This document shows, in pieces, positions 1-10,525 of a stretch of 32,000 nucleotides of DNA; the stretch's first letter is position 1, and each line of letters begins with the position of its first letter. The position numbers and the translations under genes were made by a program. The notes beneath the pieces are model-generated. The model saw nothing but the letters and a program-made list of their open reading frames with translations. It did no database searches and was not told the DNA's origin. The DNA lies in sequence record CAXNAD020000071.1; one strand, written 5' to 3'.

Positions 1-1
1 T

Positions 2-52
2 CGAAAAAATGCTCGTTCTAAATACGGTACAAAAAAGAGAAAGTTATGGTAA
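2..52 (+). CDS. rps12: ribosomal protein S12, 3' terminal fragment (gene starts upstream of the window)
   Basis: Frame 2 translates to RKNARSKYGTKKRKLW*, which matches the conserved S12 C-terminus (..ARSKYG.K..). The TAA stop at 50-52 overlaps the rps7 ATG by 7 nt. rps12-rps7 is the conserved str-operon order. Confidence 0.6.
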   Translation, partial: RKNARSKYGTKKRKLW

Positions 53-504
53 AATCTGATATTATATTACAACCCTGTTTAATTAAAATAAGAAATTTAC
101 TTATACGGGATGGTAAAAAATCAAAAGCAGATCGTTTATTGGTTTCTACTTTTTCATTTTTAGAAAAATCTTATCCTGGGGAAAGTAGATCTATTTTTTA
201 TCGTGCCATTTCAAATGTACAACCAATAGTGGGTGTTCGCCTTAAAGAACGTCGTGGTCGTAAAAAAACTTCAAATAAAGTGTCTTATTTACCATATTCT
301 ATTTCTGCAGCAAGAAGCCAAAATATAGGAATACGATCTTTAATTAAAGCTAGTCGTCGTCATTCTTCTAAATTGTATTATATAAATTTAGCTGAGGAAT
401 TTATTTTGGCTTCTCAATTTAAAGGTCAAGCTATTAAAATAAAGCTTCATATTCATGAACTTGCTAAGAAAAATAGTGATTTTTCTCATTTTCGTTGGAA
501 TTAA
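46..504 (+). CDS. rps7: ribosomal protein S7
   Basis: The 152-aa ORF has S7-like features: a DGKKSKA motif near the N-terminus and a C-terminal ..FSHFRW. Confidence 0.85.
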   Translation: MVKSDIILQPCLIKIRNLLIRDGKKSKADRLLVSTFSFLEKSYPGESRSIFYRAISNVQPIVGVRLKERRGRKKTSNKVSYLPYSISAARSQNIGIRSLIKASRRHSSKLYYINLAEEFILASQFKGQAIKIKLHIHELAKKNSDFSHFRWN

Positions 505-506
505 TA

Positions 507-809
507 ATGTATCCTATTCAATATTGTTCGCTTACTGTATTAATATTTTTGATTGGTGTAAGTGGTGTTGTTTTGAATCGTACCAATCTTTTATCGGTAC
601 TAATCTCCTTAGAACTTGCTCTTTTATCCGTAAGTTTAAATTTTATTATTTTTTCCATTTATTTAGATGATATTATAGGACAAGTTTTTGCTCTTTTTAT
701 TTTATGTATTGCAGCTTGTGAATCTTCAATTGGTTTAGCTATTATTTTAGTTTATTATAGAGTTCGTGGTAGTATTAGAATTGATCATGCTTCTTTAATA
801 AAATCATAA
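507..809 (+). CDS. nad4L: NADH dehydrogenase subunit 4L
   Basis: Hydrophobic 100-aa product with the ..LSLELALLSVSLNF.. and ..AACESSIGLAI.. motifs typical of ND4L. The ORF-track start at 495 is TTG. The first in-frame ATG is at 507, just after the rps7 stop (502-504). Confidence 0.9.
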   Translation: MYPIQYCSLTVLIFLIGVSGVVLNRTNLLSVLISLELALLSVSLNFIIFSIYLDDIIGQVFALFILCIAACESSIGLAIILVYYRVRGSIRIDHASLIKS

Positions 810-823
810 AATTTCTATAGTTA

Positions 824-904
824 GCTTCTATGATGAAATTGGTAGACATGTAAGATTCAAAATCTTTTGTTAAAAACGTGCTGGTTCAAGTCCGGCTAGG
901 AGTA
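824..904 (+). tRNA. trnL(caa): tRNA-Leu (anticodon CAA), long variable arm
   Basis: Hand-folded cloverleaf. Acceptor GCTTCTA/TAGGAGT, anticodon loop TTCAAAA, T arm GCTGG-TTCAAGT-CCGGC. It aligns position by position with bacterial tRNA-Leu(CAA). Confidence 0.85.
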
Positions 905-908
905 TAAA

Positions 909-1292
909 ATGATTCATGTAGAAAGTTTTGTTAAGGTAGTTGATAATTCTGGGGCTAAAATGGCCAAATGTATTAAAGTAAAATCTAAATCAGGACACTC
1001 CTTTGCTCGTGTCGGTGATATTGTAGTAGTTTCTATTCAGAGTTTACGTCCGTATTATGGTAAAGATAAAATTAAAATCAAAAAATCAGATGTTATGTTA
1101 GCTGTGGTAGTTCAGACAAAGTTTTCTTTTAATTCTAAACAATATAGATTTTTAGGGTTTGATTTAAATTCCGTTGTTTTAATTACTCAAAAAAAAAAAG
1201 CTATTGGTACAAGAATTTTTTCTGTTTTACCTCGTTCATTACGTGGAATAAAATGGTCTAAATTGGCTACTATATCCAAAGCATTAATTTAA
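909..1292 (+). CDS. rpl14: ribosomal protein L14
   Basis: The N-terminus MIHVESFVKVVDNSGAK matches the L14 signature (MIQ..T.L.VADNSGAK). The stop overlaps the rpl5 ATG (TAATG). Confidence 0.9.
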   Translation: MIHVESFVKVVDNSGAKMAKCIKVKSKSGHSFARVGDIVVVSIQSLRPYYGKDKIKIKKSDVMLAVVVQTKFSFNSKQYRFLGFDLNSVVLITQKKKAIGTRIFSVLPRSLRGIKWSKLATISKALI

Positions 1293-1846
1293 TGTATATT
1301 TTTTCTAATCATTATCATGAGGTTATTCAATCTGATTTTTTATTGGTACAACCTTCAATTGGATTATATAGTTTTCCGAATATTAATAAAATAGTAATTA
1401 GTTTAGGAAGTGATATACAATCAGAAGATAAAATTTTATCTTCTCTTTGTTTTTTAGATCTTTTAGGATGTCAAAAACCTTTTTTAACACGAATTAGAAT
1501 ATCTTCAAAATCTAAATTTTTAAATAAAGGTTCTGTAATTGGAGGTAAATCTACTTTAAGACGGTCTTCCATATATTCATTTTTGCATAAAATTCTATTT
1601 GGATTTTTACCTAAAGTTCGTCAATTTGAAGGATTACCTTTGTTAAAACACCCTAAAACTTTTAGTTTTATTGTTCAAGATCTTTTTATTTTTGAAGATT
1701 TAAGTTTTTTGTTCTCTTTTTTTGAAGATTTAGGTCCATTGTTTATTGATTTTACTTTTTATTCAAAAAATATAGAACAAACATTTTTTTTAATTCGAAG
1801 TTTCCAATTTTGTATTCGCGAAAGTAACTCAGTTGGTAGAGTGTAA
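1292..1846 (+). CDS. rpl5: ribosomal protein L5
   Basis: L5-like N-terminus (..HYHEVIQSDFLL.....INKIVISLG) and C-terminal FQFCIR (compare bacterial FDFPFR). The frame has no stop until 1844-1846, which lies inside trnG. Confidence 0.8.
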   Translation: MYIFSNHYHEVIQSDFLLVQPSIGLYSFPNINKIVISLGSDIQSEDKILSSLCFLDLLGCQKPFLTRIRISSKSKFLNKGSVIGGKSTLRRSSIYSFLHKILFGFLPKVRQFEGLPLLKHPKTFSFIVQDLFIFEDLSFLFSFFEDLGPLFIDFTFYSKNIEQTFFLIRSFQFCIRESNSVGRV

Positions 1847-1890
1847 GCTTGCCATGCTTAAAGTCGAGGGTTCAAATCTCTTCTTTCGCT
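1818..1890 (+). tRNA. trnG(gcc): tRNA-Gly (anticodon GCC)
   Basis: Acceptor GCGAAAG/CTTTCGC, D arm ACTC..GAGT, anticodon arm TAAGC-TTGCCAT-GCTTA, T arm GAGGG-TTCAAAT-CTCTT. Confidence 0.85.
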
Positions 1891-1892
1891 AA

Positions 1893-2147
<255 letters not shown>

Positions 2148-2152
2148 GATTA

Positions 2153-2551
2153 TTAAATTAATCCATCTTTAATTTTTTTTTTAAGATTACTTTTTAAAAT
2201 ACAAATATGAATAAATTTGTATTGTAAATTTATTATTTTATTTTGTATTTGAATTTTATTATAGAATTTTTCATTTATATAACACCCATATATATTATTA
2301 TTTATTAAATTTATAATATTATTTATATCTTTATATTGTAAAATACCAACATTGTTTCCTATTATTGTTTTTATATTTATATGTTTCATATTGGAGGTTG
2401 AAAGCTTAGTTATTTTTAAATTTTTAAAAGTTTGTTTTAGTTTTATAATTTGATTGTTTTTTATATTAGCCCAGTTAATAATAATAAAAAATTTTTCTTT
2501 ACTCAAAAATTTAAGTTTTAGTTTTTTGTAAATATTTCTTAATTTTTTCAT
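2153..2551 (-). CDS. hypothetical protein orf132 (N/K/I-rich), last gene of the minus-strand ribosomal-protein block
   Basis: 132-codon ATG-initiated ORF starting 2 nt after the rpl16 stop on the same strand. It fills the whole gap to the convergent atp9. No family is recognisable with certainty (see findings). Confidence 0.5.
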   Translation of the reverse strand: [132 protein letters not shown]

Positions 2552-2553
2552 TT

Positions 2554-2973
2554 TTAAAAGCTATTATACACAATTTTAGTTTTAATGGGAAGTTTATTAC
2601 TTCCATTTTTTAAAGCTTCCTTACCTTCTTTTTTTGGAATTCCTGCTAAAATAAAAATAGGTTTCCCAGGATTAACTCGTCCAATCCATAATTCTACTTT
2701 ACCTTTACCTTTACCTATTCTTGAGGAGGATGCCTTATGACTAATTCCCAAATCAGGTAATAAACAAATTCTTAGTTGACCTTTACGCTTTAATTTACGC
2801 CTAATACTTTGTCTTGCTGCTTCTAATTGTCTTCCTGTTAGATGACCTGATTCTAGAGCTATTGTTATAATGGTTGATTTTGGTTCTAGATTTTGATTTG
2901 TATTTTTTATTTTGTCTGATTTTCGAGGTTTGAAGAATTTTTGAAATTTTATTTTTTTTGGTTGTAAAAACAT
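2554..2973 (-). CDS. rpl16: ribosomal protein L16
   Basis: MFLQPKKIKFQK.. N-terminus, ..GHLTGRQLEAARQSIRR.. and ..GKGKGKVELW.. are canonical L16 motifs. Confidence 0.9.
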   Translation of the reverse strand: MFLQPKKIKFQKFFKPRKSDKIKNTNQNLEPKSTIITIALESGHLTGRQLEAARQSIRRKLKRKGQLRICLLPDLGISHKASSSRIGKGKGKVELWIGRVNPGKPIFILAGIPKKEGKEALKNGSNKLPIKTKIVYNSF

Positions 2974-3823
2974 ATTTAATTTTTTTTCTTTTTTTTTGAT
3001 TAGGGCATACCCATACTTTAAAACCTACACTACCGTAAGCTGTTTGGGTATCTTTAAAAATAGCTTGAATAGGTGTTTGGATTTGTTGTAATTGTAAACG
3101 TCCTAACTGATATTTCCATTTTATACTTCGTCCTTTAGGTTTATGGGAGTATCTTCCGTGTATATAAATACGTAGTCCTTCAATTTTATGTTTTGATACA
3201 AACGAATTAAAACCTTCTTTTAAAAATTTAAGAAATTCAAAATGTCTTTTTCTTTTTTGTTTACTTCGAAGTTGTTTTATTAAAAAAAAACTTAAGCTAA
3301 GAGCACTAGCTTTACCTTGTGCTACTAAGTTTATTAGTTGAAGTCCTGCACGTGCGTAAGGGTATTTTGTAATATTAAATCTTTTTATGTAAAAACTTAT
3401 TTTTTGTCTTACAATTTTAGGTACTTCTCTGGTATATGTTTTAATTCGTTTAATTTTAAATTTAATTTTTTTGCAACCTGTTAATTTTTGGATTATTGGT
3501 TGTACTTTCTTAAATCGGAAAGCTAATTGTGGCCAAGAAGCACTCTTTTTAGTTTTTTTTTTAGTAGCTCTTTTTCTTTTAAAACGTTTATTTTTAGCTG
3601 TAGGATGTAAATGAATTAATTTCAATTCTATAAGAATAAAATCATGAAAACGACTTAATTTTAATTCATCAATATAGATTGGGGTATTACGCGCACAAGC
3701 TTGTAATAATTTAGTAATCTGTATATTTAAATGGTGAAATTGTGCATGATTCCAATGAGCGCATCCTTGAGATGCGCCATAATCTGGACGAAGGCTGGAT
3801 GGATGTGTTTGTTGTGCTATCAT
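2801..3823 (-). CDS. rps3: ribosomal protein S3 with a Lys-rich C-terminal tail overlapping rpl16
   Basis: The N-terminal ..QQTHPSSLR.. matches the S3 GQK.HP..LR motif. C-terminal domain ..GLRIYIHGR....AYGSVGFKVWV. The frame stays open 173 nt into rpl16. Confidence 0.85.
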   Translation of the reverse strand: MIAQQTHPSSLRPDYGASQGCAHWNHAQFHHLNIQITKLLQACARNTPIYIDELKLSRFHDFILIELKLIHLHPTAKNKRFKRKRATKKKTKKSASWPQLAFRFKKVQPIIQKLTGCKKIKFKIKRIKTYTREVPKIVRQKISFYIKRFNITKYPYARAGLQLINLVAQGKASALSLSFFLIKQLRSKQKRKRHFEFLKFLKEGFNSFVSKHKIEGLRIYIHGRYSHKPKGRSIKWKYQLGRLQLQQIQTPIQAIFKDTQTAYGSVGFKVWVCPNQKKRKKIKYVFTTKKNKISKILQTSKIRQNKKYKSKSRTKINHYNNSSRIRSSNRKTIRSSKTKY

Positions 3824-4077
3824 GTATTTTTTTTACGTATTTTTTTTTTTTGTGCATTATAATTTTTTCTACTTGGAGAAAACTCACCTAGTTTATGCCC
3901 TACTATTTCTTGGGTGATTAATTTTGTAGTTACTTTTTGTCCGTTATGGATTTTAATTTTTGTTCCTACAAGAGGAGGTAAAATAGTTGAACGACGTGAC
4001 CAGCAAATTTTTTTATTTTTTAAGTATTTAAGTACACTTAATTCGATATAAGGTAATTTCCATTTAGATCTTGGCAT
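3820..4077 (-). CDS. rps19: ribosomal protein S19
   Basis: MPRSKWK.PY......WSRRSTILP..VG..I.IHNG......I....VGHKLGEF..SR is the S19 signature. The TGA stop overlaps the rps3 ATG (ATGA). Confidence 0.9.
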   Translation of the reverse strand: MPRSKWKLPYIELSVLKYLKNKKICWSRRSTILPPLVGTKIKIHNGQKVTTKLITQEIVGHKLGEFSPSRKNYNAQKKKIRKKNT

Positions 4078-4102
4078 ATAATTATAATTTTAGATGTTTA
4101 GT

Positions 4103-4828
4103 TTATTTTCCTTTGGTAGGTTTACCCCATGGTGTTACAGATGGACGTCCTCCTGATGTTTTTCCTTCCCCCCCCCCATGTGGGTGATCTACCGGATTTA
4201 TAGCGACTCCTCTTACAATGGGTCGGAATCCGAGCCAACGTGTTTTTCCTGCTTTTCCAATTTTTATTAAATGGTGGTTTTGATTGGATACAATACCCAA
4301 ACACGCGATAGTATTTAGGTTAAACCATCTATATTGTCCTGATTTTAGTCGTACTTGCCCAAAATTATGTGTTTTTTGTAACAATTGACCAAAAGCACCT
4401 GGTGCTCTTATTATTTGTCCTTTCCCTCCGGGTTTGTTACATAGATTATGAATTAAACTTCCAGTTGTAATATTTTGTAAATATTGACTATATCCATTTT
4501 GTCCTTGATCTGATCGTGATCGAATTATATCCCCCTTTTTTATATTAGTTGTTGCTAGAATATAATTATGTTGTTTATTATCTGGGTCAAAAATACGTCC
4601 TAAAAAAGCAGATCGATTTGGATCGTATTCTAATCCTATTACAATACCTTTTGTTGAAATACGAGTAAAATCTACATTACGATATAATCTGGAATGCCCT
4701 CCTCCTCGGTGCCAAACAGTAATTTTACCTTGATTATTTCGTCCAGTAGATTTTATTTTTGGTGAAGTTTTTGATTTTAATTTTTTATCTTTAATAAAAA
4801 TTGTATTTAATTTTGATTTAATTCTCAT
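4103..4828 (-). CDS. rpl2: ribosomal protein L2
   Basis: ..GRNNQGKITVWHRGGGH...YR.VDF.. and ..VAINPVDHPHGGGEGKTSGGR.. are canonical L2 motifs. Confidence 0.95.
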   Translation of the reverse strand: MRIKSKLNTIFIKDKKLKSKTSPKIKSTGRNNQGKITVWHRGGGHSRLYRNVDFTRISTKGIVIGLEYDPNRSAFLGRIFDPDNKQHNYILATTNIKKGDIIRSRSDQGQNGYSQYLQNITTGSLIHNLCNKPGGKGQIIRAPGAFGQLLQKTHNFGQVRLKSGQYRWFNLNTIACLGIVSNQNHHLIKIGKAGKTRWLGFRPIVRGVAINPVDHPHGGGEGKTSGGRPSVTPWGKPTKGK

Positions 4829-4839
4829 ATTTTTATAAT

Positions 4840-5190
4840 ATGTCTTATATTGCTGGTAAAGCTCTTTCTGAAAATAAAATGTTGGTTAAAGCTTTATCCC
4901 ATATTTTTGGGATTGGTTTTTATCAATCTAAAATTGTATGTCAAAAAGCAGGTTTAAGTCCAGATGCCCGTCTTAGGGATTTGAATTTAGATCGTAAAAA
5001 AGAATTTATTTCTTTTGTAGAAGGATTACCTCTTGTTTTAGGTAAAGATTTATCTCGATTTAATAAAGATCATATTCGTCTTTTAAAACGTATTAATTGT
5101 TATCGTGGTATAAGGCATCGTAAAGGTTTACCGGTTCGTGGACAACGTACCCATACTAATTCAAAACCTCGCAAAATTCTTAAATTTTAA
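4840..5190 (+). CDS. rps13: ribosomal protein S13
   Basis: ..ALSHIFGIG...S..IC.KAGL......DL.. and ..I..L..INCYRGIRH..GLPVRGQRT.TN are S13 motifs. Confidence 0.9.
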   Translation: MSYIAGKALSENKMLVKALSHIFGIGFYQSKIVCQKAGLSPDARLRDLNLDRKKEFISFVEGLPLVLGKDLSRFNKDHIRLLKRINCYRGIRHRKGLPVRGQRTHTNSKPRKILKF

Positions 5191-5247
5191 TTGTCTTAGT
5201 AATCGCAATATAAGGAATATATAAAATTTTTAATATAAATTAATAAA

Positions 5248-5652
5248 ATGTCTTATAATAAAAAAGCTTTTCTTTTTATTTATTCTTCAAGGAGAAATCT
5301 TTTTTGCAGTTTAATTGATCCAGTTTTTAAAAAAGTAATAATTAGTTGGTCTTTAGGAAGTTTAGAAAAAGTTAAATGGAAAAAATCAATTTCTCTTGGC
5401 AGTTCCCATATAGGAGAATTTTTGTCTGAAAAACTTACCCAATTGGGTTATAATAGTATTTTTATTTATTCACGTGGTTTAGGGAAGGGTAATATTTCTT
5501 TTATTCGATCTATTACTAAATCAGGCTTACATCTAATATGTTTTATTGAAAATACAGAATTATCGCATAATGGTTGTCGTCCTTCTAAATTACGTAGGAA
5601 AAAAAACAAGACTCATCGTAATGATAATATGTTAGAAAATAAGAAGAAGTGA
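5248..5652 (+). CDS. rps11: ribosomal protein S11
   Basis: C-terminal ..IENTELSHNGCRPSKLRR matches the S11 motif (D.TP.PHNGCRP.K.RR). The TGA stop at 5650-5652 lies 10 nt inside trnY. Confidence 0.85.
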   Translation: MSYNKKAFLFIYSSRRNLFCSLIDPVFKKVIISWSLGSLEKVKWKKSISLGSSHIGEFLSEKLTQLGYNSIFIYSRGLGKGNISFIRSITKSGLHLICFIENTELSHNGCRPSKLRRKKNKTHRNDNMLENKKK

Positions 5653-5724
5653 CTGAGGGGTTAAAAGTGGCAGATTGTAAATCTGTTGGTTATTCCATCG
5701 TAGGTTCAAATCCTACCTTCTTCT
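5643..5724 (+). tRNA. trnY(gua): tRNA-Tyr (anticodon GTA), long variable arm
   Basis: Acceptor GAAGAAG/CTTCTTC, anticodon arm GCAGA-TTGTAAA-TCTGT, T arm GTAGG-TTCAAAT-CCTAC. It aligns with bacterial-type tRNA-Tyr. Confidence 0.85.
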
Positions 5725-5750
5725 TAGGAATTAGGGTGTTTTAAAATATT

Positions 5751-6554
5751 GTGAAATCTTTATCAACAAGTCAACGCCATCCTTTTCACCTTGTTGATCC
5801 GAGTCCTTGGCCTTTAGTGGCTGCTTTAGGTGCTTTAAATCTTACATTTGGTGGAGTGATGTATTTACATAATTATAGTGGTGGTGGTAAACTATTGTCT
5901 CTTGGTGTGTTGACAATTTTGTTTGTGATGTTTACTTGGTGGAGGGATATTATCCGTGAAGCTTCTTTTGAGGGTCAGCATACTCTTGCAGTTCAAGATG
6001 GTCTTCGTATGGGTATAATTCTTTTTATTATTTCTGAGGTTATATTTTTTTTTGCTTTTTTTTGGGCTTTTTTTCATTCCTCTTTAGCTCCTACTTTTAA
6101 TATTGGGGGCGTTTGGCCACCTAAAGGTATTCAAGTTATTAGTCCTTGGGGATTACCTCTTTTAAATACTTTTCTTTTATTATCTTCTGGTGCTAGTGTT
6201 ACTTGGGCTCATTATGCTATTGTTGCAGGTAGTCGTGGGCAATCTTTGATTTCTCTAGTTGTAACTTTATTTTTTGCAATTAGTTTCACTTTATTACAGG
6301 TTATAGAATATTTTAATGCTCCTTTTGGTATATCTGATGGTATTTATGGGTCTTGTTTTTATTTAGCTACAGGTTTTCATGGTTTTCATGTTATTGTTGG
6401 TACTATTTTTTTAGCTATTTGTGGTCTAAGGCTTTATTTTCATCATTTTAGTCGTGAACACCATTTTGGTTTTGAGGCTGCTGTATGGTATTGGCATTTT
6501 GTTGATGTGGTTTGGTTATTTCTTTTTGTAACCATTTATTGGTGGGGATCTTAA
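5751..6554 (+). CDS. cox3: cytochrome c oxidase subunit 3 (apparent GTG start)
   Basis: ..[14 protein letters not shown].. and ..[14 protein letters not shown].. are canonical COX3 motifs. An in-frame TAA at 5742-5744 leaves only ATT (5748) or GTG (5751) as possible starts. Confidence 0.95.
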   Translation: MKSLSTSQRHPFHLVDPSPWPLVAALGALNLTFGGVMYLHNYSGGGKLLSLGVLTILFVMFTWWRDIIREASFEGQHTLAVQDGLRMGIILFIISEVIFFFAFFWAFFHSSLAPTFNIGGVWPPKGIQVISPWGLPLLNTFLLLSSGASVTWAHYAIVAGSRGQSLISLVVTLFFAISFTLLQVIEYFNAPFGISDGIYGSCFYLATGFHGFHVIVGTIFLAICGLRLYFHHFSREHHFGFEAAVWYWHFVDVVWLFLFVTIYWWGS

Positions 6555-6561
6555 TAACATT

Positions 6562-7311
6562 ATGGTACAAAGTCCATTAGAACAGTTTCAAATTTTACCT
6601 ATTTTTAGTCTTGGCCTTGGTCCAATCGATATTTCGATCACAAATGCCATGTTAACTACTATTTTAATACTTGGTTTCAGTTTTCTTCTTCTATATTCTT
6701 TGTCTTTTTACAGATTAGGTTTGGTACCTGGTCGTTGGCAATTATTATTTGAATCTTTATATACTATAACTACTGGTTTAGTATGGGATAGTATTGGTCA
6801 AAGAGGTCAAAAATATTTCCCTTTTATTTTTGTTTTATTTAGTTTTATTTTAATGGCTAATATCTCAGGTTTAATTCCTTATACTTTTACTATTACGAGT
6901 CATTTAATTCAAACTTTAGTATTAGCCATTATGGTTTTTTTAGGAGTTATTATTATTTGTGCGTCTACTCACGGTTTTCATATGCTTAGCTTATTTTTAC
7001 CTGGTGGTACTTCTTTAGTATTAGCTTTTTTATTAGTTCCTATTGAATTAGTATCATATATTTTTAAACCTTTAAGTTTAGCTGTTCGTCTTTTTGCTAA
7101 TATAATGGCTGGTCATACCTTGTTGAAGGTTATTGCAGGTTTTGCTTGGGCTATAATAGGAAGTGGGGGATTTCTTCTAATTGCTCATATTTTACCTTTA
7201 GTCGTTTTAATTATTCTATTTGGTTTAGAATTAGCTGTGGCTCTCATTCAGGCTTATGTTTTTACCATTTTAACGACTATTTATATTAATGATGCTATTG
7301 TTCTTCATTAA
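6562..7311 (+). CDS. atp6: ATP synthase F0 subunit a (subunit 6)
   Basis: N-terminal SPLEQFQI and ..LSLAVRLFANIMAGH.. are canonical ATP6 motifs. Confidence 0.95.
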   Translation: MVQSPLEQFQILPIFSLGLGPIDISITNAMLTTILILGFSFLLLYSLSFYRLGLVPGRWQLLFESLYTITTGLVWDSIGQRGQKYFPFIFVLFSFILMANISGLIPYTFTITSHLIQTLVLAIMVFLGVIIICASTHGFHMLSLFLPGGTSLVLAFLLVPIELVSYIFKPLSLAVRLFANIMAGHTLLKVIAGFAWAIIGSGGFLLIAHILPLVVLIILFGLELAVALIQAYVFTILTTIYINDAIVLH

Positions 7312-7368
7312 TTATAAAATATTTTGATTCGGTATATTTTATTCTCATTTTATAATCATGATATGAGA

Positions 7369-7442
7369 GCATTTTTAGCTCAGTTGGATAGAGCGGCGGT
7401 TTTCTAAACCGATGGACGTAGGTTCAAGCCCTATAAGATGTT
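7369..7442 (+). tRNA. trnR(ucu): tRNA-Arg (anticodon TCT)
   Basis: Acceptor GCATTTT/AAGATGT (two G-U pairs), D arm GCTC..GAGC, anticodon loop TTTCTAA, T arm GTAGG-TTCAAGC-CCTAT. There is a G27-A43 mismatch in the anticodon stem. Confidence 0.8.
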
Positions 7443-7446
7443 TCGG

Positions 7447-10471
<3,025 letters not shown>

Positions 10472-10525
10472 AATTTTGTTTTTAAAGTATTCCGAAGATA
10501 GCTATTTCTCAATAGCTTAGGGGTT

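Noticed and set aside
455-670. 71-aa ORF overlapping the rps7 end and nad4L in another frame
   Set aside because: It is out of frame with two well-supported genes, its product is low-complexity, and it shows no independent conservation signal.
4122-4304. 60-aa alternative-frame ORF on the minus strand inside rpl2. Similar internal or antisense ORFs are 5892..6077 (cox3), 11046..11246 (orf253), 16239..16469 (trnE/nad5) and 30167..30355 (nad1).
   Set aside because: All are short frames nested within or antisense to strongly conserved genes. They are expected by chance in a genome with this T-rich/A-rich strand composition.
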